From the human T2T-CHM13v2.0 reference genome, Homo sapiens, in the NCBI RefSeq assembly GCF_009914755.1, contig NC_060929.1: 64,000 bases of DNA; one strand, 5' to 3'. Every line of letters starts with the position of its first letter. The first letter of the stretch is position 1. The notes under the pieces are model-generated. The model worked only from the letters and a program-made list of their open reading frames with translations. It was not told where the DNA came from and did no database searches. Positions 1 to 12,588 of this stretch are shown piece by piece. A program made the position numbers and the translations under genes.

Positions 1-841
1 GTGAGAGAAAATTTTTGGAATCTACCCATCTGACAAAGGCCTAATATCCAGAATTTACAAGGAACTTAAACAAATTTACAAGAAAAAAAAAATCAAAAAG
101 TGGGCAATGGATATGAACAGACACTTCGCAAAAGAAGACATATATGCAGCCAACAAACATTAAAAAAAAGCTCAACATCACTGATCATTAGAGAAATGCA
201 AATAAAAACCACGATGAGATACCACCTCATGCCAATCAGAATGGTGATTATTAAAAAGTTATGAAACAAGAGATGCTGGCAAGGCTGAGGAGAAATAGGA
301 ATGCTTTTATACTGTTGGTTGGGATGTAAATTAGTTCAACCATTGCAGAAGATCATGTGGAGATTCTTAAAGGATCTAAAACCAGAAATACCATTTGACC
401 CAGCAATCCCATTACTGGGTGTATACCCAAATGAACATATATCATTCCATTATAAAGATACATGCACACATATGTTTATTGCAGAACTATTCACATTATC
501 AAAGACATGGAACCAACCCAAATGGCCATAAATGATGGACTGGATAAAGAAAATGTGGTACATATACACCATGGAATACTACGCAGCCATACAAAGGAAT
601 GAGATCATGTCCTTTGCAGGTATATGGATGAAGCTGGAAACCATCATCCTCAGCAAACTAACACAGGAACAGAAAACCAAACACCGCATTTTCTCACTCA
701 TAACTGGGAGCTGAACAATGAGAACACATGAACACAGGGAGGGAAACAACACACACACTGGTGCCTGTCAGTGGCAGGGTTGGGGGGCAAGGGGTGGGAG
801 AGCATCAAGATAAATAGCTAATGCATGAGGAGCTTAAAACT
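1..841 (+). mobile_element. L1PA (older, about L1PA8-13) 3' portion: ORF2 C-terminus and 3' UTR
   Basis: ORFs 301-531 and 532-714 translate as L1 ORF2 C-terminus (EIPFDPAIPLLG, WIKKMWYIYTMEYYAA, KLETIILSKL), with stops and frameshifts. G-rich 3' UTR follows. Confidence 0.93.
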
Positions 842-1127
842 GGATGGGTGTGGTGGTTCACACCTGTAATCCTAGCACTTTGGAAGGCTGAGGCAGGAGG
901 ATCACAAGGTCAGGAGTTTGAGACCAACCTGGCCAACACAGTGAAACCCCGTCTCTACTAAAAATAAAAAAAATTAAAAAATAGCTGGGTGTGGAAGCAA
1001 ATGTCTATAATCCCAGCTACTCAGGAGGCTGAGGCATAAAAATTGTTTGAACCTGGGAGGAAGAGGTTGCAGTGAGCCCAGATTGCAGCACTGTACTACA
1101 GCCTGGGTGACAGAGCGAGACTCCATC
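842..1127 (+). mobile_element. AluS (AluSg-like) inserted into L1 3' UTR
   Basis: Dimeric Alu body with GGATCACAAGGTCAGGAGTTTGAG. L1 3' UTR sequence resumes after its tail. Confidence 0.93.
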
Positions 1128-1170
1128 GAAAGAGGAAAGAAGGAAAGAAGGAAAGAAAGAAAAGAAAGAA

Positions 1171-1213
<43 letters not shown>

Positions 1214-1369
1214 CAAGAAAGCAAGCAAGCAAGAAGGAAGGAAGGAAGGAAGGAAGGAGGAGAAAGAAAGGAAAGAAAGAAGGAAGGAAGGAAAGAAAGA
1301 AAGAAAAGAAAGAAAGAAGGAAGGAAGGAAGGAAAGAAAAAGGAAGAAAGAAAGAGAAAGAAAGAAGGA

Positions 1370-1444
<75 letters not shown>

Positions 1445-1505
1445 GAAGGAAGGAAGGAAGAAAAAAGAAAGAGAGAGAGAGAGAAAGAAAGAAAGAGAGA
1501 GAGAA
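1128..1505 (+). repeat. Compound polypurine microsatellite (GAAA)n/(GGAA)n/(GA)n derived from the Alu tail
   Basis: About 375 bp almost entirely A/G, with a few GCAA units. Confidence 0.97.
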
Positions 1506-1629
1506 CCTCAGGTGATGGGTCGATGGGTGCAGCAAACCACCATGGCACATTTATACCTATGAAACAAACCTGCACATTCTGCACATGTATCTCATAACTT
1601 AAAGTAAAAAAACAACAAACAAACAAAAG
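1504..1629 (+). mobile_element. Remainder of L1PA 3' UTR and poly(A)-derived tail
   Basis: GGTGATGGG..GGTGCAGCAAACCACCATGGCACA..AACTTAAAGTAAAAAAA matches the L1PA 3' end. Confidence 0.9.
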
Positions 1630-1968
1630 ATTTCCAAATGCAGGTAAAGCCCAAAGCTGCAGCAGCCATTTTGGTGTCATGAGGGTAACAAGCCTAAAAG
1701 GGAATGCCAGCGTGCCAAATATGGTGAGCACGATGTTACATAGAAACTCTGTCTTGCATTATGTTGGTGAGGTGCTGAAATAACCAAACTAGGGGCAAAA
1801 AATGTATTTTATTGTTAACTTTCATGCAATGTTGCTGCTGAAAAATCTGTTATGCATTTGTATAATACAAATTTTTTTAAAAATTAGAACATTTTCTTTG
1901 TAATAAATAATAAAATGATTAAATTTCTTGTTGATAACTATTTTAAAATAAATAAATAAATACAATTT

Positions 1969-2077
1969 GAATTTGACCTGCAGGGCTTGATCTCAACTGA
2001 CGAATTTGACCTGCAGGGACAAATTGTTCACTGGAAGAATCAATGAAAGAATTTGACCTACAAGGACAAATTGTTCA
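1969..2077 (+). repeat. Three dispersed direct copies of GAATTTGACCTRCARGG
   Basis: Copies start at 1969, 2002 and 2049. Copies 2 and 3 extend to 29 bp (..GGACAAATTGTTCA). Confidence 0.85.
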
Positions 2078-2613
2078 ATTGTTATAAAATTTTCAGTATT
2101 TCTAAAGTTATGATTTATAAACATTAGAAATTAAAACTTTTACTTCATTTGTTAGTAAATATAGTTTTTAAACAGACATATTTTACAGAAATTGTTTCTA
2201 AAGATTTTCTCATTGACAAAGTGAAGAATATCTAAACTTTTTAATAATGGCTGTATGTTTAATATTAAATTTCTGTCCAGTACCTGAAAAAATATTGTGC
2301 TGTTACATTGATTGATTTAAAAAAAGACAGTATTTGATTTTGAATTGTATGACCAGAATTTACTTATTAGAATCCAGTTCATATTTTTGTATGCATCCTT
2401 ACGTTGTGTTCAGTGGGACACAGAGCCTTACACCTCTTTCACGTCTCATTCAAATTATTACGCAAATGTAAGTGGCCACCTAGTCTTTTCTCTATCTTCC
2501 ATTTGTAAACTATCTTACATTTTTCTGTCATAGCTATTTCCCTAAAACGAATATCCGATACGCTGTGTCATCCTTCTGTTCAAAAATCTCCAGTGACTTC
2601 CTGATGCTTACAT

Positions 2614-3450
2614 TGTTAAAAAAAAAATAAAAATGGCCAGGTTTGGTGTCTCATGCCTGTAATCCCAGCACTTCGGGAGGGTAAGGCAGAAGGACCACTT
2701 GAGCCCAGGAATTCTAGAACAGCCTGTGCAATGCAATGAGACCCCATTTATACAAAAAATAAAAAAGCTGACTGAGCATAGTTGTGTGCACCTGTGGTCC
2801 CAGTTATGTAAGAGGTTGAGGTAGGAGGATCACTTTAGCCCAGGCAATTGAGGCTGCAGTGAGCCATGTTTAGGCCACTGTACTCCAGCCTGGGTGACAG
2901 AGTGATACCCTATCTCAAAAAAAAAAAAAAAAAAAAGTCAAAAGGAAAAAAGAAAATAGGTATTCACTGTGATAACAATGATTCTTGTGAAAGCCCAGTA
3001 AGAAAGACTATTCAGTTCAGAGTGGTAAGTATAGAGACCACTGCAATGGGATTTTGCAGTGGGGAAGAGAGACTGGGTTTCACTAAGTATGGGCAATGAG
3101 GATACAGCATGACTAAGTGGTCATTTATAGCCAAGGACAGGGTGAAGTTCAGTGGATAGAAAATTACTAAGAGGAAATATCAGAGGTCAGGGGTATTCTG
3201 GCTAAACTGACCTAGGAGGATTCCAGCTGAAGACAGGCTAGAGTGATCGGATATTACCTGGGGGATGGTGGAGAATGAAAAACCACATCCAATACCAAGG
3301 ATGATCATATATCAAAGGTAGAAATTCTTGCTCAACTGATCTAGCAAGGTTCTTAATAAAACTGAATTTTACAAGGAAATGCACAGAGGATTTTCAAAGT
3401 TCTGATTAAAGTTTGGTCAAGCAAAAAAAAAAAAAAAATCTTGATGAACA
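2614..3450 (-). mobile_element. MER31-family ERV1 solo LTR, interrupted near its 3' end by AluJ
   Basis: ACCACTGCAATGGGATTTTGCAGTGGGG, AAAATTACTAAGAGGAAA and AAAGTTTGGTCAAGCAAA are the reverse complement of MER31 motifs. Homologous to the copy at 57540-57962. Confidence 0.75.
2635..2936 (+). mobile_element. AluJ
   Basis: Diverged Alu dimer with J-type GAGCCCAGG / GAGGCTGCAGTGAGCCATG, and poly(A). Confidence 0.92.
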
Positions 3451-3601
3451 TCAGAGTCCAAACTCCTCGCTATGCTTGTGATCTGGTCCTGGCACATCAC
3501 TAGTAGTCTCTTGTTTTGTTCTTCTTCTACCTGCATGAGTCCCTATTCCCTCCAAAATAACATTGAAATTCAATAAAAATACTTAAATTCTGGCTCCTCA
3601 A

Positions 3602-3638
3602 GCACACATACAAATTCACATACACACACACACACACA
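3602..3638. repeat. Imperfect (CA)n microsatellite
   Basis: CACATACACACACACACACACA. Confidence 0.8.
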
Positions 3639-5439
3639 TGCCCCACTGACTTGACCATAGTCAGCTATACCTTCTTGCTTATCAGGACACTTCTCCTTTC
3701 ATCCTTTATTTGGACCACAGTGGACTCCCTGCCCATTTCCCAACATGCATATGTTTCTTCTGTCTCTATTTATTTGACACTCTTACCCTCGGTGCCATCT
3801 GTATGACTCAAAATCTTATACCTACTTCAGAACAAAGCCTACATGAAATCTTTTCAGAAGCACTTACCTCGATTATTTCTTCCAAAATTATACTCCCATG
3901 AGACTTGTTTTCAATAAACCCTTAAAATATTCTCCACTCATTACTTTTGATATTATAGTGATAAATTTGACTGCCTTGCTGATAGATTGTAAACATTGCA
4001 AAAGCAGAAATTATTCCATTCATTTTCTCTCTTCTACAGTATAATAATAATTTAAATATTTAATGAATGATAAATACAAATATTATTTATAGAAAACAAT
4101 TATTATGTAAATTCTCTAGAATTTATATGAATTTAATTCACTACATTTCAGGTATCTTTTGGAAATAAATAGAATATAATTATGGAAAGTATATGCATTT
4201 CAGAGAAACTTCTTATATTTTACCTGAAGATACTGCAGTCACTTTGGCATGAATAAGAAATTAAATTCACAAGAAGACTAAAGACTATGCAAAAAATCTA
4301 CATTGCGTCCTCATTATTTTATAGTAAGACGATCACAATAGGCTTTTGACTGATTTCTCCAGATATGTAGAAACCTATAAGGTAAATCCTTAACTAACTC
4401 ACAGGCCAACTAACTGTTGTAACACAATGCTGTGTACCTCCTTCCACCTCCTGAATGAAGTCTCATGACTCTGCTACCTAAATCATACAGCCGCACTGAA
4501 GTACTGGCCTTCAAACCCCTCATAAGCCAGTCTGTATATCTCCAAATTGACCACTCACTACTTCTGTAAGTGAATTCTTTACTTTCAAAAATTGATCTAA
4601 TATTTTCCCCATAAAATATGCCACAGATTCCTGCCTCTGCTCCACGACTTACTTCATTCCTACCACCTGGAAAGCCCTTGACTTTTCTCTCCTCTCATTA
4701 AAGTTAAACTCGCCATGGAAATTTCACTTAAATGAAGTAACCCACACTGATGCTTCTCTACCCTGAACTCTTATGGAATTTATTATCTGAACTATTAATT
4801 AGTCAAATACACAATGACTACTATGTTGCAATTTAATTTTTTCATGGAAATCCCTTTTCCGCTAAAATAAATTTTAAGAACTTTTTTTAGTTTTTTATCA
4901 ATATTTTTAAATGGCTTTAGTAGACAGCTTACTAAAATATGTTTACAGAAATGTAAGTATATGAATTAAAATATCTGAGAGAATATTTTCTTTTTAAATT
5001 GTTTATTATGTGCTATTTTTGGTAGGTAGCTAAAGAAATGATGAGATATGGGCTCTGTACTCCAAAAGTTCATTATCTAATAATAAGAAGAAATAAATAA
5101 ATTGAAATTAAGTAATGAATATCATAATAAATATGTATACAAGCTGCACTAAAGCTAATCTGAATAACTTTTCTTAAGTTTGGGAGGAAGAAAATGTATG
5201 CGACATTCCTCAGTGAGTCTTCAAATACAGGCTTTCAGACAGATAACATGGCAAAAACATTTGAATCAGATGTGTCAAAAGTAGAAAGACAATCAAAGGA
5301 AATATAGAAATATTTAGACCTCCCATTTTTAGTGAAGTCTGACACATAGTAGGTACTCATGAATTCATAATTAAATGAGTAAAAGAGTGGCTGATAAGAG
5401 GTCGTTGGAGGGCCCAGATAAAAATCAACTTAATGAACA

Positions 5440-5610
5440 GTGTGTACCAAACTCTTTGTTTATAACACATCAGAACCTCATTAGATACGTATGCCCATTT
5501 TACAAATTAGGAAACTGAAGCACAGAGAAATAACCTTGCCCCAATTAAAGATAACATGGAGAGCCAGGATTCATCCTCGAATTCATGTAACTCCAGTCAT
5601 ATATCTTTAT
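5440..5610 (-). mobile_element. MIR fragment
   Basis: CCCATTTTACAAATTAGGAAACTGAAGCACAGAGA MIR core motif. Confidence 0.7.
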
Positions 5611-5649
5611 TATCCATCACCCTATTTCTCGACTTGCTATTGAATTGTA

Positions 5650-6299
5650 AAAAAGATGGCATATGTAGGGAAATACAAACAGCTGAGTCACTATTTGTGA
5701 GGGAGGTGATTGGAGAGAGCAAAAGAGTTAGGAACGTATTAAAATGCAATAGTTTTGGTAAAAAAAATAGGGTCTAACTAAAACATTGGGAGTTTTAAAA
5801 AAGAGGGTGATGTCATACTATTTAGCTGGTAGAATGTAGAGAACTGGGAGACAGGCTGGCTGCGATGAGCAAATGAAAATGTGATTTTTAGGACAATGCC
5901 CAGGTTTTAACCTATCCCTAGGGCCGCAATGTCTTTAATTTAGGAAAGAAGTGTAGGTGGAAAAGCAGATTTAACCTGAAGAATGTGTTAACTAAGGGGG
6001 AATAGTGGATAGTAGTGGATACTTCCATATACACTGCCAAAATTTAGGTCTGTACCTCAGCAAGGTGGAATACAGAGAATGAGGAGTATATGACTCGCCT
6101 TTGAAGAAATGGGTTTGGACGAGTTCACATAGAGGTGTGGATACAGATTTTAAACAGCTTCATGATCATCTAGAGTTTAGAGGTTCTTAAACAAATTGCT
6201 AAGGAACAGTCAAAGTAACTGGTAAAAATAGAGAGATAATGGTTTCATGGAACAAAAGAGGTAGAGAGTTTCAAAGCAGAAATCCTCAACATTGTAAGC
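5650..6299 (-). mobile_element. Probable degraded L2 fragment
   Basis: Purine-rich diverged sequence resembling antisense L2. Boundaries approximate. Confidence 0.4.
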
Positions 6300-6464
6300 T
6301 GTTGGGATTCACTCAGGATGTTGGCAGAAATACTAAAGGGAAATATTAAGAAAAGTTATAGGGAAAAGTCCCAAACCTTTTTGGAAGGCCGAAAGGTTAC
6401 ATAGCCTGTAGTAATTGAACAGGCTGAAGGCAACCAGTTCTTACCTTAGAGCATTAGGTCATAC

Positions 6465-7853
6465 TGAGAGGTGACAGCGTGCTGGCAGTCCTCGGAGCCC
6501 TCGCTTGCTCTTGGCGCCTCCTCTGCCTGGGCTCCCACTTTGGTGGCATTTGAGGAGCCCTTCAGCCCACCACTGCACTGAGGGAGCCCATTTCTGGGCT
6601 GGCCAAGGCTGGAGCCCACTCTCTCAGCTTGCGGGGAGGTGTGGAGGGAGAGGCGCGAGCGAGAACCGGGGCTGCCTGCGGCGCTTGCGGGCCAGCTGGA
6701 GTTCCGGGTGGGCGTGGGCTTGGTGGGCCCCGCACTCGGAGCAGCCGGCCAGCCCTGCCGGCCCCGGGCAATGAGGGACTTAACACCCGGGCCAGTGGCT
6801 GCGGAGGGTGTGCTGGGTCCCCCAGCAGTGCCAGCCCACCAGCGCTGCGCTCAATTTCTCACCAAGCATTAGCTGCCTTCCCGCGGGGCAGGGCTCGGGA
6901 CCTGCAGCCCGCCATGCCTGAGCCTCCCACCCACTCCATGAGCTCCTGTGCTGGCCCGAGCCTCCCGGACGAGCACCACCCCCTGCTCCACGGCGCCCAG
7001 TCCCATCGACCACCCAAGGGCTGAGGAGTGCGAGCGCACGGCACGGGACTGGCGGGCGGCTCCACCTGCAGCCCCGGTGTGGGATCCACTAGGTGAAGCC
7101 AGCTGGGCTCCTGAGTCTGGTGGGGACATGGAGAGTCTTTATGTCTAGCTCACGGATTGTAAATACACCAATCAGCACCCTGTGTTTAGCTCAAGATTTG
7201 TGAGTGCACCAATCGACACTCTGTATCTAGCTGCTCTGGTGGGGCCTTGGAGAACCTGTGTGTGGAAACTCTATCTAACTAATCTGATGGGGACGTGGAG
7301 AACCTTTGTATCTAGCTCAGGGATTGTAAACGCACCAATCAGCGCCCTGTCAAAACATGCCACTGGGCTCTACCAATCAGCAGGATGTGGGTGGGGCCAG
7401 ATAAAAGAATAAAAGCAGGCTGCCAGAGCCAGCAGTGGCAACGCGTTGGGGGTCCCCTTCCGCACTGTGAAAGCACTGTTGTTTCGCTGTTTGCGATAAA
7501 TCTTGCTACTGCTCACTGTTTGGGTCCACGCTGCTTTTATGAGCCGTAACACTCACCGCGAAGATATGCAGCTTCACTCCTGAGCCCAGCGAGACTACCA
7601 GCCCACCGGGAGGAACGAACGACTCCAGACGCGCTGCCTTAGGAGCTGTAACACTCACCGCGAAGGTCTGTAGCTTCACTCCTGAGCCAGCGAGACCACG
7701 AACCCACCAGAAGGAAGAAACTCCGAACACATTTGAACATCAGAAGGGACAGACTCCAGACGCGCCACCTTAAGAGCTGTAACACTCACCGTGAGGGTGC
7801 GCGGCTTCGTTCTTGAAGTCAGTGAGACCAAGAACCCACCAATTCCGGACACA
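6465..7853 (+). mobile_element. LTR12C (ERV9) solo LTR
   Basis: Canonical start TGAGAGGTGACAGCGTGCTGGCAG and end CCAATTCCGGACACA. CpG-rich U3 and tandem U5 repeats. 4-bp TSD ATAC/ATAG. Confidence 0.95.
7141..7445 (+). promoter_or_regulatory. LTR12C promoter core (NF-Y CCAAT repeats, GATA, TATA-like AATAAAA)
   Basis: CCAAT at 7168, 7209, 7335 and 7373; AGATAA at about 7399; AATAAAA at 7408. This is the established ERV9 LTR promoter layout. Activity is not demonstrated here. Confidence 0.65.
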
Positions 7854-8362
7854 ATAGGGTAAATGCTAGGGACAATAGAGGCTTCCCCAGTTAAGTCTGT
7901 TTTCCCAACCTCCATTAACTAACCTTTGAGCCAGATGGCCCCCTCTGGGGGAGGTCTACCGGGAAAATTGCCCCCTTATGGTATTTACTTTAGACCTCAG
8001 TACCTGGACTTTAATCATTCATAGAACTACTCTCTTAACCATGTTAATTATCCACAAGTGTGTTTACTCAAAGCTTCTGTTGTTAATTCTATACTAAAAT
8101 GGTTGGAGTGCGAGCTGCTCAGGGCTACGGCTGCCATTCTTTACAGCACTCTCCTTGGAGTCTGTGAGTGGCCTCGGACCCTCAGCTGGACTGGCCAAGC
8201 AGAATATCTGTGTGTCAGTGTACTTTATTCATCCATCGGCGGGTCAGGGGTCTGAAAGGGACAAACAGACCCCCCACAGCTATTGCCCCCACAACAGGAG
8301 CGCTGCCTCAGTAGGTTGTTGCAGTTTTGTTAGAAGCTGAAATAAAATTTAAGATAGAAAAA

Positions 8363-8681
<319 letters not shown>

Positions 8682-9122
8682 CTAGCACTGATGGAATATT
8701 ATTTGAAGTAGCTTGCTTGTGAAAATAGAGGGTAAAACAGGAAATTGTCCAGATCAGTATTAGTAAAATAGTAATCTCCTAAGCATCAATCAGGCCTCAA
8801 GGTGTCATCTAAAAAATAAATTTGCATCAAATCCTGACTTGGATCTGAGTTTTCCAAAGCATGACAATTTTCTGCTTTCTCAACAATTACTATTTTTTAC
8901 ACTGGGTAAAGTGGTCTTTCCAATATCTTAATATTATCTCTTCTATTAATACATTATCTTATTGCAATTTTTTTTGTTTTTTTTTCAGAATCGGAACCCC
9001 CTTTTGCATGGACAATTCTTGTCTTAAAACATCTTTTGTTGGAGGCAAAGTCCCCTTTAAAGGCAAGGGTACAGGCACCCAACCATGTCACAATTGATTG
9101 TCTTAGCAGGCCATAAACTTTC

Positions 9123-9305
9123 AGCTGGGATTAGAAGCATGCACCACCCCACCCTGCTAATTTTTTTTTTTTTTTTTGTATTTTTAGTAGAGACAGAGTT
9201 TTGCCATGCTACCCAGGCTGGTCTCAAACTCCTGACCTCAGGTGATCCACCCACCTCAACTTCCCAAAGTGCTGCAATTACAGGTATGAGCCACCGTTTC
9301 TGACC
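9123..9305 (-). mobile_element. AluS fragment (left monomer and linker, 3' part missing)
   Basis: TTTTTGTATTTTTAGTAGAGAC...CTCCTGACCTCAGGTGATCC. Confidence 0.85.
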
Positions 9306-9465
9306 CTATTTTATTTCTTTTTTGAGACAGGGTCTCACTCTGTTGCTCAGGCTCCAGTGCAGTGGTGCAATATCAGCTCACTGCAACCTCCACCTCCCAG
9401 GTTCAAGGGATCCTCTCACCCTTCCAAGTGGCTGGAACTACAGGCATGAGCCACCAAACCTGGCC
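9306..9465 (-). mobile_element. Alu right monomer / FRAM
   Basis: T-tail, then GAGACAGGGTCTCACTCTG...CACC..CCTGGCC with no left monomer. Confidence 0.8.
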
Positions 9466-9524
9466 ATGTCATTTAATTTCCATAGATGATAAAATTATGA
9501 CTCAAATTAACTAATTTCCTAAAA

Positions 9525-9817
9525 GCTCACACCTATAATCCTAGCACTTTGGAAGGCTGAGCAGGAGGATCACTTGAGGCCAGCAGTTTCAGATCAGCTT
9601 GGGCAACACAGTAAGACCCAATCTCTACAAAAAAAAAATAAAAATTAGCCAGATGTGGTGTCCTGTGCCTGTAGGCCTAGCTACTCAGGAGTCTGACGCA
9701 GAAGGATGGCTTGAACATAGGAGTTTGAGGCTGCAGTGAGCTATGATACTGCCACTGCACTCCAGCCTTGGCAGCAGAGAACAATCATTTTTCTAAAAAG
9801 TAATAAAAATAAAAAAG
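9525..9817 (+). mobile_element. AluJ
   Basis: Diverged Alu dimer with GAGGCTGCAGTGAGCTATGAT. Confidence 0.9.
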
Positions 9818-12588
9818 ATCACCTTCCTGAAAGCCACATTGTTGTACTGCATCTCCAGTACAACATAATATTGTTGTATTTGGGATCTTCAGAGTATACC
9901 AAGTTGGGATTCTAAGTTGCCCCATCAAGGTTATGGTTGTCAAAGATATTTTTGGTAATCTAGTAGGACATTGAGAGATCAGACCTTCCCAAATAGTTCA
10001 TTTTTGAGACAAGGACTCAAAAATTGACAATGACTCATCCAGTTTTAAGTATATCTGAATATGCATTCAGAACCTGAACTATGTCTTCTGAATTTCAAAA
10101 ACTACAGAATCTTAGAATCAACAAAAGAGCATCATAGAGTTAAATAGATGTGGACATCAAAAATTTCTAAGAAATTATACCACAGTTGGCATTATTTATT
10201 TATACCATTAAAATATATAAAATTTATAAAATAAGGTTATTTCTAAACAATATAGTCATATTTTAGCCTATTATATTTAAAATATGTAAGTGCATTTTAG
10301 AAGAATTTGATGGAGGACTAAATTTAAAACTCTCACTTTTTTCATCATCTAATATTTAAAGATGCTATGGTTATTAGAGAAATGACAATCTCTTTCAATG
10401 CATTAGCACTTAAAATATGATTTCTTCTTTCATGGTTTGCTTTAGATCTTGTGCTTCCAGAGAGATTAATCCTAAAAAGGGTAGAGATATTCTAAACCTT
10501 TGACAGCACTGCTTAGCTTGTTGTTTCTCCCCGTAGAATTTTATAATAATACACTCAATTAGCTTCTTTGTCCCAGATTTCATGGAATAATTGCTAGAAT
10601 TTTATCTGGTGCTTATAAGTCACAAGTGTTTATTCTTTTAGAGAATGTTTTCTGGATATTTTAATACTTTCTATGGAAAGTAAAATATGAAATTTAAATG
10701 GGAACACAACCAATAAAAATTGTAGTTCCGTTTTAGAATTACTGCTTTACATTTAAATTAAGCATATAAAATGCACAAGATTTTCTTATAATGTTCCTAT
10801 TCACATCCTCTAGGCACAATTTTACTACCAATTTTCTCCATTATCTATGACCAACATATGTTACTAATATATTTGTGATTTTTAAGCTGATTTTATTATT
10901 TTTGGAGTCACAGTTTTATTAATAAATATTTTTCACATTTATTTGCAATGCCATGTACTTTATGATTTTAATTTCAATAAAAAAGAGGTTTAGATGAAAT
11001 ACCTCAATGGATATATACATGCATTAACATCAAATTATATTTGCACTCGTCATTCTTGGAAAACATCAGCTAGTTGATGTTTAATAACCCTCTATAAATA
11101 AAGATTGGTTTTCAAAGCTTCAATAAACACCCCAGTCTTTTTGTACACAGGATGCCAATTTTATAAGCCATAAAGCGTAATAGGAGGTATATTTATTAAT
11201 AACTAAAATGGCTTTAGGGTCCGAAATATGCCTAAATGAGAATGAAAAATATGTCCCTGGATAAAGGACCATTTATTTATCATTTATAAACATAGTTATA
11301 CTGAAACATATTTTTTTTTTAACTTCAGAGAGCTGGACAAAAGAGCTACAGAAATAGAAAAACGTATCTATTTCTTTGGTAGAAAAGATTACATTAACTT
11401 CTAAAGAGAATATTTTAAACTTTTGTAATTAACATCCATTTTTAATTGGTATTATTGTTGCTGTTAGGAGAAATGAAAACCTAGAGAGAGTTCAAAAAGA
11501 GATGAACTATCCCACTGTAATTACCACAACTCCCAGCAGGGGCTTCTCTCCTCTGATTAACACGACAGCAGGGTAGTCGGTCTAGCACACAGCTAACTGC
11601 TATAATCATGAAGAAAATAACAGGGATGAGAAGACTCAAAAAAGAATTTTTCTGACATCTAAAATAAAGAATCTAAACTTCTTTATATATGTTATAAAAA
11701 AAACTTATAATTCTGAACATTTCTAGGAAATACAAACTAATGACCTCAAACAACTTTAAATTAATTTAAGAGATCTGAAGGTGACTATTTCAATAAAATC
11801 AAACAGTGCAAAATTTTTTTATTCCTCTCATATTGAGAAAATATTTTGACTACCAGTTGGCTATTCTGTCGTGGTTTACTTGCATTTTTAATCAAGATGT
11901 AGCTGGAACTAATTTATTCAGTAATTCATAATTGTGTATGTTACAAACTTCTTTGTAGCAAATTTTAGTGTTTTTTTTGCTGATACATATTTATAACATT
12001 TCACAGATATTTAAACATATACTAATGTAAATACAAGTGACATTTTCAGTATAGCCACATTGCAGTTAAAATCATGATCCAGGTTAGTCTGTTATTACTT
12101 GAAACTCCATGCAAGAGGATTGTTTTTCATGTTATTGTTTGGTGTGGGTTTTTGTAAAGTCCACGTTTTCTTGAATATTTCATGGTCAATTAACTATCTA
12201 ACATTGTCCTTTAGTTTTAACTATGACAGATTTAATAATACTTTCCATGAATGTTATTCAAAATATGTAATGACAGGTGAAACGAGCATTGGCCAATAGG
12301 AAAAAATGTTCAAGAAAACATAATGGGCATTGCCTCAACAACTATATTGATACCCATTGGCTGAGTTTTCAAAACTGCAGTTTCATTTTTCAATATTGAT
12401 GGTTATGGAGGTAAAGTCAGGTATTATATATTACCAACAAATTCTAATGATATTCCTGAAACAAAAGTAGAAAACAAAATAAGACAAACTGTAATGTATA
12501 GGGGTTTATTGATATTTTAAGGGTCTGCATCCCCATAAACTCCAAGGAAGATGTGACTCAAACTAGCTGCAATATTATTGTTGGCTAC

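Larger units (their letters stand above)
6300..8310 (+). mobile_element. LTR22-family (HERV-K HML-5) solo LTR, split by LTR12C (pieces 6300-6464 and 7854-8310)
   Basis: TG...CA termini. TGTTGGGATTCACTCAGGATG start and AGAGCATTAGGTCATA|GGGTAAAT continuity across the insertion. Flanks GTAAGC/GTAGGT resemble a degenerate TSD. Confidence 0.82.

Noticed and set aside
974-1731. Long ORFs (up to 211 aa) rich in K/E/R or F/L/S
   Set aside because: Stop-free reading of the GAAA/GGAA microsatellite plus Alu. Not genes.
1969-2077. CRISPR-like repeat-spacer look
   Set aside because: Only three unequal units, very short spacers, primate context and no cas genes. Kept only as a templated-repeat finding.
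6505-7915. Cluster of overlapping GC-rich ORFs and CpG-island-like sequence suggesting a gene start
   Set aside because: Essentially all within LTR12C (one ORF extends into the adjacent LTR22). High GC suppresses stop codons.
9850-12580. Long stretch without recognisable repeats, possibly conserved non-coding
   Set aside because: No ORF, RNA structure or motif support from sequence alone. Needs conservation data.
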